Part shown: positions 31,282 through 41,542 of the stretch, piece by piece
Numbering within the stretch: position 1 is the first letter of the stretch
Layout: each line of letters starts with the position of its first letter
Assembly: GCA_019057865.1 (NCBI GenBank)
Contig: JAHLWP010000007.1
Span: forward strand, 64,001 to 128,000
DNA from: Promethearchaeota archaeon
Lineage (GTDB): Archaea > Asgardarchaeota > Lokiarchaeia > Sigyniarchaeales > SOKP01
Direction of reading: 5' to 3'
DNA length: 64,000 nt
Notes under the pieces: model-generated
What the model saw: the letters and a program-made list of their open reading frames with translations, nothing else
Databases searched by the model: none
Told to the model about the DNA's origin: nothing
Position numbers and translations under genes: made by a program

Positions 31282-31524
31282 TTACCGGAAGGTATCTCTC
31301 TTCATGCGTGGTCCCTTTTCAGTAATTCGTACATCTTTTGCTTGTTTGCCTTTTTGACCCTCAACTATTTCAAAATCAACTTTATCTCCTTCGTATAATG
31401 TTCTAAAACCACTTTCATCATCAAGAATGCCACTAAAATGGACAAAAATATCTTCGCCTTTATCGGAAGTAATGAATCCATATCCCTTCCGGCTATTAAA
31501 CCACTTTACAATTCCATTAACCAT
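31282..31524 (-). CDS. Cold-shock domain protein (CspA family)
   Basis: GIVKWFN, RNP1 KGYGFI, RNP2 IFVHF. Confidence 0.95.
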   Translation of the reverse strand: MVNGIVKWFNSRKGYGFITSDKGEDIFVHFSGILDDESGFRTLYEGDKVDFEIVEGQKGKQAKDVRITEKGPRMKRDTFR

Positions 31525-31689
31525 TATTGAAACCTATTAGAGTACATAATAATTAGTATTTATTGCTTCAAATTGAAACAACTAAACCCTTAACATTTTT
31601 CATTATAAATAACTTTATGGTTTTTTAAATCCATTAATATTAAATTTAATCTGTAAAAGAGAGATCTAATAGATAAATTCTTTTATATC

Positions 31690-32532
31690 TTATCTTTTTT
31701 TCTCTAAATACTTAATAAGGATATAATAGAGAATAAACATTAATACAAGAACACCTAAAATGATTAATAATATAATATTGAAATAAATAGATTGTTCCTG
31801 AAGTGCTCCAGGAGGTAATGTATCGAAATCAATTGGTAGGGAAAGGCTATACTTACTAAAAAATAAAGATCCTAGTAATGCATAAAAAAAAGCCCTAAAA
31901 ATTGAACCTATTAAAGTCCCTATTGAATATTTTTTTATGTCAATATCGACTAAGCCTGAAGTGTAAGATATAACATCAAAAGGGATAAAAGGAATAAAAC
32001 GAGTGATAATAATTGCCTTCATACCATGTTTTTTTATAAATTCATCTGCGATGTTTATAGCTTTTTCTCCTACAAATTTTTCTGCTAATGGTCTTCCACC
32101 TTTTTTACTTATATAAAAACATAATATACCGGCAGCCATTGAGCCAATAATACCCATAAAACCCCCCAAGTAAATACCCCAAATCATTCCAGTTGCTAAT
32201 AAAACAACTTCTGATGGAATTGGAACTATAAGTCCCTGAAATGCCATAATTACAATAAATAAGAAAATCCCCATAACCTGTAATTTATAAATCGGATTTA
32301 CAAAATAGTTTATAATAAATTTGTATAAAATAGTTTCATCAATGAAAAAAATATAATATAGAAGAAATAGAGATATCGCAAATAAAAAGATAAATATAGT
32401 GATATAAATTATTGTTTTCGTATCATATTGTGAAAATTTAATTAAATTTTTGAAATAGCTTTTTAATCTAGCTGAAAAGGGCTGCTTTTCTTTATAATTA
32501 TCCTCATTCTCTCTTTTTTCCATTCTACTCAA
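31690..32532 (-). CDS. TVP38/TMEM64 (DedA/VTT domain) membrane protein
   Basis: PIPSEVV...G...RFIPFIPFDVISYTSG. Confidence 0.9.
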   Translation of the reverse strand: MSRMEKRENEDNYKEKQPFSARLKSYFKNLIKFSQYDTKTIIYITIFIFLFAISLFLLYYIFFIDETILYKFIINYFVNPIYKLQVMGIFLFIVIMAFQGLIVPIPSEVVLLATGMIWGIYLGGFMGIIGSMAAGILCFYISKKGGRPLAEKFVGEKAINIADEFIKKHGMKAIIITRFIPFIPFDVISYTSGLVDIDIKKYSIGTLIGSIFRAFFYALLGSLFFSKYSLSLPIDFDTLPPGALQEQSIYFNIILLIILGVLVLMFILYYILIKYLEKKR

Positions 32533-32672
32533 AAAATAAAGTAAATATTAAGTAATATATGTAATTTAGATTTAAATAAAAATTATTTTTTTTCTTTAAT
32601 CTAAAACAAATTTATTAGTTTGCTTATCTATCTCTTATTATGTATTGATATATTTATTCAAAGTGCTTAAAA

Positions 32673-33314
32673 ATGAAAGAAATTTTTAAGGATATTTACC
32701 ATATAGGAAATTCTGGCTGTTCTGTTTACTTGGTGGATACAAAAAGTAATGATGGTTTAGTGTTAATTGATTGTGGTATGAGTCTTAGTTTAATAAAAAA
32801 AATAAGTAAAAGAGCTTTAAATCCTATGAATATTAAACACTGTATTTTAACTCATTTCCATATAGATCATATCGGTGCATGCCATGATCTTAAGCAATTT
32901 AATAAAAACGTAAAATTTTACGCTCATGAGTTAGATGCTGTCGCTATTGAAGAGAAAGGGCATGATAAGGAAACAGCAGCTAAGTGGTATGGGGTAAATT
33001 ATAAACCTATAAAACTTTCGAAAAGATTAAAAGGAGAACTAGAAATTTTAAGATTTGGCACATACGAATTTAAATGTATTCACACTCCCGGGCATACACC
33101 AGGATCATTAGCGATATTACTGGAGTTAGAGAAAAAAATTTTATTTGGTCAAGATATACATGGACCAATAATTCCCGGTGTTAGTGATTTCGAAGATTAT
33201 CAGGATTCTCTCAAAAAACTTTTAGATTTAAAAGTAGATATTTTATGTGAAGGACATTTCGGGCTCTTTCAAGGGGAAGAAGTACAAAAATATATTAAAC
33301 AATATATAGAATAA
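32673..33314 (+). CDS. MBL-fold hydrolase (glyoxalase II-like)
   Basis: LIDCG, THFHIDH, TPGHTPGS, GQD, EGH. Confidence 0.9.
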   Translation: MKEIFKDIYHIGNSGCSVYLVDTKSNDGLVLIDCGMSLSLIKKISKRALNPMNIKHCILTHFHIDHIGACHDLKQFNKNVKFYAHELDAVAIEEKGHDKETAAKWYGVNYKPIKLSKRLKGELEILRFGTYEFKCIHTPGHTPGSLAILLELEKKILFGQDIHGPIIPGVSDFEDYQDSLKKLLDLKVDILCEGHFGLFQGEEVQKYIKQYIE

Positions 33315-33342
33315 ATAAATAAAAAAAATAAAAATTTGCTTC

Positions 33343-36300
33343 TTATTTTAATTGACTCTTAAGAGTATCTGCATTCTTTTTTATTATACCAGCTAAACTT
33401 GACTTGCTAGCACCTATCTTCTCTAAAACTTTTAATGCCTCATCAAATTGCTTTAATGCTTTAGGTTTTTTACCTTGATTTTTATAAATTAAACCAATAC
33501 TGTGTAAAACTTCCGCTCGACCCTCTAGATCTCCGAGTATACTAAAATCTTCTATTGCTTCTTCAAAATATTTTAAGGATTTTCGATAAATCTCTTGGTC
33601 CATATAGAGAGATCCGATTTTATTGAGGAAATTTGCTTTTGCCTTAATATCATTTTGATTTTCAGATAGATTAAGCCCCTCTTCATAATATCTCAATGCT
33701 TCTTCATATGATTTCTGTTCACTCATAATTAATCCTAAATTCTCAAGTGTCTCAATCCTTCCTTCATTATTCTCAAGATGTTCAAATATTCGAAATGCCT
33801 CTTCAGATCTTTCCAAAGCCTCATCAAACCTTCTCTGATTAAAGTAAATCATACCTATATTTTTAATTGAATTAGCCTTATCTTTCAAGTTACCAACTTG
33901 TTCATTGATTTTTAATGCTGCTTCATATTGAGTTAATGCTCTTGAATATCTTTTTTGTATTTGATAAATTTCTCCTATATTTACTAATCGTTTTGCTCTT
34001 CCCGGTAAATTACCTAGTTCATCATCAATTTCTAATCCTTTTTCATATTGGTTTAGTGCATCATCATATTTTTCTTGATATTGATATATATTTCCTATAG
34101 TTTCAAGGATATTAGCTTTCATTTCCAGATTTCCTAGTTTTTCAGCAACTTGAAGTATATTTTCATATTGTTTTAGAGCTTCATCATACCTCTCTTGATA
34201 TTGATAAACATTTCCGATAACTTCTAAGATTTTGGCTTTTTCTTCGAAGTTTTCTAAATCTTCAGCAATAAAGAGTGCTTCATCAAACCATCTTAGGGCT
34301 TCGGGGTAATTAACTTGATCTAGATACACATTGCCAATAGTTTTAAGAATTTTCGCATTCATTGATAAATCTTCTAACTGTTCAGAAATTAATAGTACTT
34401 CTTCAAAATTTTTTATAGCCATATCATAATTTATTTGATAAAGATAATTAAGCCCAATATTAGTAATTGCTATGGTTTTTCCTTCGAGATTTCTCATTTT
34501 TTCATAAATATTTAAGGTTTCTTCGAATTTTTTGAAAGCATCGGAATAATTTCCTTGGTCTTGATCAATCAAGCCAAGATTTATAAGAGCTTTAGCCTTT
34601 CCCTTAAGATTTCCTTGTTGTTCATACACATTTAAGGCTTCTTCAAACCGACTCAAAGCTTCAGGGTAATTTCCTTGATCGAGATAAATAACTCCAATAT
34701 TATTGATACTATCTGCATATCCAACATCATTCTTTAAATCCAAATAGATAGTTAATGCATCTTCAAATCTTTTTAAAGCTTCCTTATAATTGCCCTGTTC
34801 ACGATAAGTTAATCCAATCTTGTTGAGATAAGCAGCATTATCTCCCAATCTGCTTAGTTTTTCAGAGATCTCTAATATTTTTTCATATCTCCTAATTGCC
34901 TTGGGATACGCTTTTTGTTTAACATAAATGCTTCCAGTTTTTTTAAGAATACTTGCCTTTCCTTCAATGATGCCCAATTCATCTATAATCTGTAAAGCAT
35001 TTTCATATTGTTCTAATGCAGCTGGAAAATTTTTTTGTTTCTTATAAATATTTCCAATATTGAATATTAATCGTGTTTTATCCTCCAAATTACCTGTTTG
35101 TTCAATTATATTTAGAGCTTCTTGAAATTGGTTTATAGCTTTAGTTAAATTCCATTGATTTGTATAAATTAAGCCATTGTTAAACAGACATTCAGCTTTT
35201 CCTTCTAAATTTCCTAATTTTTCAAAAAGAGGAAGCGCTTCTCCAAACTCTTTTATAGCTTTTCTATGGTAACCTTGCCTTCTAAAGATTGTACCTATTT
35301 TTAATTTAGAATTTGATTTCCCTATTAAATCTCCTAACTCCTCATAAATCTTCAACGCCTCTTGAAAAGCATCTAGAGAATCAGAATATTTGTGTTGAAT
35401 ATTAAGTATATTTCCAATTTTTCGTAGAGTATTAGCTTTTTCCCTTAAATTACCCAATTTATTATATATCTTAATTAAATCTTCATATTTTAATATTGCT
35501 TCATTAAAATTCCCTTGTTCTTGATAAATTTGCCCTAAATTATTAAGATCATATGCTATCCTTGCAAAGTTTTTTAACTTTTCATCAATCTTTAAAGCTT
35601 CATTAAAATATTCTAATGCTTTAGTATAATTTCTTTGACTATGATAGATTACTCCGATATTACCCTTGTTCATTGCTTTGCCTTTAAAATTCTTTGTGGT
35701 TTCTACAATTTGAAGTGCTTCTTCAAAAGAATTTAGTGCTTCCGGGAATTTTTCTTGATCTTTATAAATTAATCCTATTTTATTAAGTAATGTTGCTCTT
35801 AGGCTTAAATTACCTGATTCTTCAGAAACACTAATCAATTCTTTAAGACATCCTAATGCTTCATTATATTCATTAAGAAAAAAATAAATTTTGTAAGAAA
35901 TAGTACTTTTGATAATATCATCAATAGTTTTAAGATTTTCTTTAAACCAATCTGAAGTATTTATAGAGAAGTTTTCCTTACTAATCTCTGGCTTAATATC
36001 TAATAAGTCTTCAAATAATTTTGTTGTATTCGTATTTACGCGATATATATTTACATCGTAATTTATTTGTTTTATATCATTTAGTATATAATCAACATTA
36101 TCCAATTTTTCTAAGGATTGAATTCGCTTAGCATCAACTTCATAAATTTCTTCCTTTCCCTCTTCTCCAATATGATTAATCCAAATGATATTTCTAAGGT
36201 TCATTAAGACTTTAAGTGTAGGAATAATATCATTATCATTCTGACCAGAATAGCCTACAATAATAAGTGAACGTTTATTTGTGATATTATCAAATAAAGG

Positions 36301-36933
36301 ACGTTTATATGGTTCTAATTGAAATATATTTAATCCTTCTTTATTAGAACCTAATAACTTGATTGTATCAATTAAAGAATCGTTAGTGTCTTCCTCAAAA
36401 ATAATATTTTTAGCTGAGCCATGGATCTTATGTAGTGAAAATCTTCCACTTTTCAACAATTTGATAGGGTCACTAAATTTTTTAAAATCTTTTTCAGTAA
36501 TGGCAGTAACTATCCTTTTTTTCATCACATTAGACTGTAATAGAGCATATTCGATTAAAAAATCGAAATTCGTAGTCATAACAAAAGCCCCTTTCTTAAT
36601 CATTTCTGCAATAAAATAGTGCTGAATATTTGGTTTATCGCATAATCCATAATAGTCAAAAATCATTAGTGCCTCATCTAAGCAATCACGAATAATATCT
36701 AAAATTGTTTCAAGTCTTAAGTTTTTTAATTTTAGGATTTTCTCTATCTCTGATTTAGCACAACTATACTTAATGATGTTTTTTATCATTTCATTGCTGG
36801 CTGGTAGACATGAAGGTGGGTCGACAGAACAACCAGCACCTATTAGAAATGTTAAATCTTCACCTTTTTTCAATAAATCACGTATATTGAGCTTCGATTC
36901 ATTATTTACAGACGTCATTTTTTTCGCACTCAT
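33343..36933 (-). CDS. SIR2-like domain fused to about 20 TPR repeats
   Basis: FLIGAGCS, TTNFD, KIHGS, VGYS in the N-terminal ~300 aa; ~40-aa TPR units (GNL..KA..L..IG..Y..Q..Y..AL) through to the C-terminus. Confidence 0.88.
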   Translation of the reverse strand: MSAKKMTSVNNESKLNIRDLLKKGEDLTFLIGAGCSVDPPSCLPASNEMIKNIIKYSCAKSEIEKILKLKNLRLETILDIIRDCLDEALMIFDYYGLCDKPNIQHYFIAEMIKKGAFVMTTNFDFLIEYALLQSNVMKKRIVTAITEKDFKKFSDPIKLLKSGRFSLHKIHGSAKNIIFEEDTNDSLIDTIKLLGSNKEGLNIFQLEPYKRPLFDNITNKRSLIIVGYSGQNDNDIIPTLKVLMNLRNIIWINHIGEEGKEEIYEVDAKRIQSLEKLDNVDYILNDIKQINYDVNIYRVNTNTTKLFEDLLDIKPEISKENFSINTSDWFKENLKTIDDIIKSTISYKIYFFLNEYNEALGCLKELISVSEESGNLSLRATLLNKIGLIYKDQEKFPEALNSFEEALQIVETTKNFKGKAMNKGNIGVIYHSQRNYTKALEYFNEALKIDEKLKNFARIAYDLNNLGQIYQEQGNFNEAILKYEDLIKIYNKLGNLREKANTLRKIGNILNIQHKYSDSLDAFQEALKIYEELGDLIGKSNSKLKIGTIFRRQGYHRKAIKEFGEALPLFEKLGNLEGKAECLFNNGLIYTNQWNLTKAINQFQEALNIIEQTGNLEDKTRLIFNIGNIYKKQKNFPAALEQYENALQIIDELGIIEGKASILKKTGSIYVKQKAYPKAIRRYEKILEISEKLSRLGDNAAYLNKIGLTYREQGNYKEALKRFEDALTIYLDLKNDVGYADSINNIGVIYLDQGNYPEALSRFEEALNVYEQQGNLKGKAKALINLGLIDQDQGNYSDAFKKFEETLNIYEKMRNLEGKTIAITNIGLNYLYQINYDMAIKNFEEVLLISEQLEDLSMNAKILKTIGNVYLDQVNYPEALRWFDEALFIAEDLENFEEKAKILEVIGNVYQYQERYDEALKQYENILQVAEKLGNLEMKANILETIGNIYQYQEKYDDALNQYEKGLEIDDELGNLPGRAKRLVNIGEIYQIQKRYSRALTQYEAALKINEQVGNLKDKANSIKNIGMIYFNQRRFDEALERSEEAFRIFEHLENNEGRIETLENLGLIMSEQKSYEEALRYYEEGLNLSENQNDIKAKANFLNKIGSLYMDQEIYRKSLKYFEEAIEDFSILGDLEGRAEVLHSIGLIYKNQGKKPKALKQFDEALKVLEKIGASKSSLAGIIKKNADTLKSQLK

Positions 36934-37138
36934 TAAAAAATATAAATTTTTAATTGAATTAAATTAAATGATTCTTTTTATTCTTAAAAAGTTTATTTTA
37001 AAACTTATATCCTAATTTTTTAAAAGGATTTTGCACAAGTATCCATCTTATTATATTAATTTTGTTGTTTAAAAAAGTAAAATTTAAAGAAATTACATAA
37101 TTTTTTGAGACAATAAAACCAAAAAGTGAGTATGTTAA

Positions 37139-37372
37139 ATGGAAAATAAAAAATTCCTCCAAATAGGGTTAATATGTAGTATAATCACTATATTTTGCCT
37201 TATAATATCTCTGATGGTATCATTAGCAACTAATTATTGGATATGGGAGTTAAGTAATCTTCCATTATCAACGGCAGAAATATTTATAATAATCTTTGGA
37301 ATTATTATTGGAATTAGTGGAATTTTTTCTGGTGTTTTTATTGCTATGTGGATTATTAAAAGTAAAACTTAA
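37139..37372 (+). CDS. Small two-TM membrane protein
   Basis: Two hydrophobic helices with basic termini. Confidence 0.6.
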   Translation: MENKKFLQIGLICSIITIFCLIISLMVSLATNYWIWELSNLPLSTAEIFIIIFGIIIGISGIFSGVFIAMWIIKSKT

Positions 37373-37470
37373 AACAATCTAAAAAATATCTTAATTTCCT
37401 AATTTAGATCTACAACTTCTAATGTAAAAAGTAAAATTTTAACTTTTTTCTTGTATTTCACTTTTTTAGA

Positions 37471-38322
37471 ATGAAATTAGAAGACTGGCATACGCACAGT
37501 GCTCTTTGTCACCATGCGGTTGGCTCCATTGAAGATTACATAAGAAAAGCTATCGAACTTGAATTAAATACAATTGGTATTTGTGATCATTTTCCCTTTG
37601 AATTTTTAAAGAACATTGAACGAATTCCATATGAAGATTATGCGATAACTTTAGATGAGATTAAGGGTTATTTATCAATGGCAAAAACTTTAAAAGATAA
37701 ATATAGAAATGTTATAAATGTAAGAATCGCATTTGAAGTAGATTTTTTTGAGAATCAAGAGTCTGCTCTTAATACCCACCTTTACAAATATAAAAATCAT
37801 TTAGATTACATCTTAGGTTCCATTCATATTTTAAATTTTCATGATGGAAGAGGAGCATGGGGATTTGATGATAGTAGATTTAGAACTGATTATGACTATT
37901 ATGGTCCTGATAAAGTATATATGGAGTATTACAAGACGGTACAAAAAATGATAAATTCCAATGACTTTGATTTTGATATCATAGCTCATTTTGATTTACC
38001 TAAGAAATTCAACGATATCCCTAATAATAAAGAAATAGTAAATAATGAGGCAATGAAAACCTTAGGCCTTATTAAAAAAAGAGATGTTGTAATTGAAATA
38101 AATTCAAGTGGATTGAGGAAGGATGCAAAAGAGCAATACCCAAGTAAAGAAATTATTCAAAAAGTGTATGATCTTGATATTTCAATATTATTAGGCTCTG
38201 ATGCCCATGATCCTAATTATATCGCTTGGGAATTTGAAAAAATTATTAATATGTTAAAAAAGATAGGATATAATCACCTTGTTCACTTTAAGAAAAGAGA
38301 TAGATTATATATGGAAATATAA
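37471..38322 (+). CDS. Histidinol-phosphatase, PHP (HisJ/HisK) family
   Basis: DWHTHS, CDH, GSIH, AHFDLPKK, EINSSG, GSDAH. Confidence 0.88.
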   Translation: MKLEDWHTHSALCHHAVGSIEDYIRKAIELELNTIGICDHFPFEFLKNIERIPYEDYAITLDEIKGYLSMAKTLKDKYRNVINVRIAFEVDFFENQESALNTHLYKYKNHLDYILGSIHILNFHDGRGAWGFDDSRFRTDYDYYGPDKVYMEYYKTVQKMINSNDFDFDIIAHFDLPKKFNDIPNNKEIVNNEAMKTLGLIKKRDVVIEINSSGLRKDAKEQYPSKEIIQKVYDLDISILLGSDAHDPNYIAWEFEKIINMLKKIGYNHLVHFKKRDRLYMEI

Positions 38323-38370
38323 TCAAGAGAAAAAATGCCCTATTTTTTAAAAATAACTAGATAAGATTTT

Positions 38371-39273
38371 TTAAATCCCTCTACTCTGCAACCATCCTTC
38401 CATAGTTAGTGAGTTGAAGAGACGAATATGTTTTGAATCTTTAGTATGAATTGTTAAATGATTCTTCTCAGAATTTCCTTTAACAGCAATGAGCATTTCC
38501 TCGCCATCTCTCACTATAACATATCTATCCTCACGTTCATAACTTCTTAGAGAAATGTTATCAAGACTAGTAAATTCATCTAATAATTCAGAATGTTCAT
38601 CTATTCCAGGATTAATTAAACAAGAGATCCTCATATTTACAGACGACTTCACTTCATAAAGATATAACTCTTGTAAATCAACAATAGTAGGAACGACAAT
38701 CATGACATTGTGCAAACCTTTTTCTAGAATTTCTCTCATTTTTATAAGAATTTCAGATTTTGTAATTTCAGTTTTGGTGAAATCAATGATTTTTGAACCT
38801 GATAAGCTTGATTGTGCTTGTCTTAATTTCTCATTTTCTAATTCTAACGTCTCTAAATCGACATCTGCCTTAGATAATTCATCATTTAAAATTTCTATCT
38901 CTTTTTGGAGTTTGTTGATTTTTTCATCTTTTTCTTTAAGAAGATTTTCATCAGTTATAGATGATGCCTGTGCTTTCAACTCCTCCTCTTTTAATTTAAT
39001 TGTTTTTCCTAATGTTGCTATTTTTTCATCTTTAGCTTTTATTTGCTGATCTTTTAATTCTAATGAATCACGAATAGTCTTTATTTGATCATCCTTTAAC
39101 TTTATTGAATCTTTAAGAGAATTTATAAGGCTATCTTGAGTTTGAAATTTTTCATTTAATTTATTTATAGATTCTCCAACTTTTCTTAATGTTTCGTCTT
39201 TTTTTTCAATTTCAGCTTGTAGCTTATTGATGAGTGCGTCTTTAGATTCATCATTTACCATTATGATATTCAC
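38371..39273 (-). CDS. Coiled-coil + PLD-like (TrmB effector-like) domain protein
   Basis: Repetitive KDxQI heptads; C-terminal VMIVVP...YVIVRDGEEMLIA, similar to the 5173..7173 domain. Confidence 0.6.
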   Translation of the reverse strand: MNIIMVNDESKDALINKLQAEIEKKDETLRKVGESINKLNEKFQTQDSLINSLKDSIKLKDDQIKTIRDSLELKDQQIKAKDEKIATLGKTIKLKEEELKAQASSITDENLLKEKDEKINKLQKEIEILNDELSKADVDLETLELENEKLRQAQSSLSGSKIIDFTKTEITKSEILIKMREILEKGLHNVMIVVPTIVDLQELYLYEVKSSVNMRISCLINPGIDEHSELLDEFTSLDNISLRSYEREDRYVIVRDGEEMLIAVKGNSEKNHLTIHTKDSKHIRLFNSLTMEGWLQSRGI

Positions 39274-39506
39274 AAAATCTTTTATATATATTAATAAAAA
39301 AGTTTAGCTTAAAATATATTTTCTATATTCTTAAAGTATATAAAATCTTGAAATATTTAAAATTGAACTACATTTTTCATTTTTAATATAAAACTAAATT
39401 AATAAGATTATCCTAGAATATTCAGATAATATCCTATTATAAAGTTTTAAGATTATTACTTGATTATTAGAATATCTTTTTATTTTTATAAGAAGAAGAT
39501 AACATT

Positions 39507-40244
39507 ATGGAAAAACACGATAATATGATAAAAGAATTAGAATCGGATGTCTCTGAACTGATAGAAAAAGAACTTCAATCGGCACCAGCCATTCTAGGTA
39601 TTAATGTTGGAACGCCTGAAGGAACTAGAATTGCGAGTAAATTCAAAAAAGAGATAAAAATGTCGATGAGTGAAGTAACGGCCGCTAGTAGTAGCCTTGT
39701 TTTTCTATCATCAAAAATTTTGAAGGATTCATTAAACCAAAAGATTTCTTATCATTTAATTACTGGAAAAGAAAAAATAATCCATTCTATTTTAACAGAA
39801 AACATTACGATGATTTCCTATCTGAATCGAGAATTAGCAGAACTCGAAGGACTAAGTATTTACATAAATAATTTATATAAATTAAGTCTACGGATATCAG
39901 CAATTATTGAAACTTCGGATATCCTCAAAGAACAAGTTTTTGTAGCTATAAAGAGAGCAATTCCTAACGCACTTGTTATAGCTATTATTACAAAAGACGG
40001 TTTACCCATTAAAATTCAAGCAACTATGCCTGAACCTATACTATCAGCTATTACTTCCGCAATATACAATTTAGCTGGTGTTTTATTAGAAGAAGGGTTA
40101 GAGTTTTCGATAATTGGAGGAGAAAACGGTTCAATTATTATTCATGAACTAGATGAGAATCGTATATTGGCAATGGCAGTTCCAGAGGCAGATGAAAGAA
40201 AGTTAGGTTCTTATATTGCGAAAATTAAGTCTATAATTCAATAA
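39507..40244 (+). CDS. Tandem Roadblock/LC7 (MglB-like) domain protein
   Basis: Two repeats: GTPEGTRIAS...VTAASSS and ITKDGLPI...LSAITSAI...GENGSIII. Confidence 0.85.
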   Translation: MEKHDNMIKELESDVSELIEKELQSAPAILGINVGTPEGTRIASKFKKEIKMSMSEVTAASSSLVFLSSKILKDSLNQKISYHLITGKEKIIHSILTENITMISYLNRELAELEGLSIYINNLYKLSLRISAIIETSDILKEQVFVAIKRAIPNALVIAIITKDGLPIKIQATMPEPILSAITSAIYNLAGVLLEEGLEFSIIGGENGSIIIHELDENRILAMAVPEADERKLGSYIAKIKSIIQ

Positions 40245-40254
40245 TGTTTAAAAT

Positions 40255-41499
40255 TTAATGAATAATATTTTTAATTTTATCTATTATCTTTATAGCACCA
40301 AAATAAGATTCTGAGAAATTCTTTCCCTTAAATAAGATCGTACATAAAGGTTCTTCTTTTAAGATATTCTTAATGGGTTCAGTTTTATCATAAACAAATT
40401 CAATATTATTAATTTTATTCAATAATTCTTTATTTATTTCTTTTGGAGCAAAAAATATTAATTTTGTAGCAAATCCAGTTGCTTGTGCTGATCTAATTTT
40501 ATTTTTTACAATATCCCATCTTTTCGGATCAAAACTTTGAACATGTAAATCTAAAAGGTTTAAATCTAAAACTTTTTCAGAAGCTCTAATACTACCAGGA
40601 ATTCGTGGATTTATTTCCATTAAATATGGATAATGGTTTTTTAACACAAAATCAAATCCATTAATACCTTTTAAACCTAGTTTTTTTGTTAAAATTAATG
40701 AAATTTCAGAAATTAGTTTGTTATCCTCTTTTAATAAATTTGCTGGCACAATATTTCCACAATATACAAAATCTCCTGGGGGATTGAGAAATTTTTCTCC
40801 AATTATTTGGCGGTTAATAGAAATAATTTCGCATTCAGCACCATTGGATATAATAGTGCAACTTACAGGTATTCCTTCAACAAATTCTTGAATTAACCAA
40901 TCTGATGGGTTAAATTCTTTTACTTCTAATTTATTTAAAAGAAAATTTAATTTTTCCTTATTTTCAATTTTAAAAACATTTATGCCTCCCGCGCTCCTCT
41001 TTTTTTTTAAAATAATAGGAAATTCAAATGTTACATTATTTTTAAAAAGCTCATAAGAAAGAGATAAAGGAACCTTAAATCCCTTAGAGCTGAGATAATC
41101 ATAGACTCTTTCAATATCTCGAGATTTTTTAATGATTTCTAAATTATTATTAACATTTTTCACGTCTAACTCTTTTTCTTTGATTTCTCTTAAAATGAAA
41201 TCTCTTCCTTCATAATCATCATCTAAACCACTCCCAATTAATAAATAATTGATGTCATTATGTTTTCTTAGCATTTCTACTGTAAAATGTACTAAAAATT
41301 CACTGTATTTATCTTTTAGAAATTCATAGTTAGACTCTAACTCCTTTGTAATAATTATATAATCCTTAACATAAGGATATAGATCTAAATCTCCAAAAAA
41401 ATCTACTGTATATACTTCATAATCCGCTATATGCAAAGATTTAGCTAAAGGTCGAGTATTAAATCCTACTACCAAAATTGAATTTATTTTTACAACCAT
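40255..41499 (-). CDS. ATP-grasp ligase (archaeal COG2232-like)
   Basis: GFNTRPLAKS, DFFGDLDL, SAGG, IQEFVEG, GFDF, EINPR. Confidence 0.85.
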   Translation of the reverse strand: MVVKINSILVVGFNTRPLAKSLHIADYEVYTVDFFGDLDLYPYVKDYIIITKELESNYEFLKDKYSEFLVHFTVEMLRKHNDINYLLIGSGLDDDYEGRDFILREIKEKELDVKNVNNNLEIIKKSRDIERVYDYLSSKGFKVPLSLSYELFKNNVTFEFPIILKKKRSAGGINVFKIENKEKLNFLLNKLEVKEFNPSDWLIQEFVEGIPVSCTIISNGAECEIISINRQIIGEKFLNPPGDFVYCGNIVPANLLKEDNKLISEISLILTKKLGLKGINGFDFVLKNHYPYLMEINPRIPGSIRASEKVLDLNLLDLHVQSFDPKRWDIVKNKIRSAQATGFATKLIFFAPKEINKELLNKINNIEFVYDKTEPIKNILKEEPLCTILFKGKNFSESYFGAIKIIDKIKNIIH

Positions 41500-41542
41500 T
41501 AATTAGGGATAGTAATAAAATTTAATTGAAATGTATTTCGGT

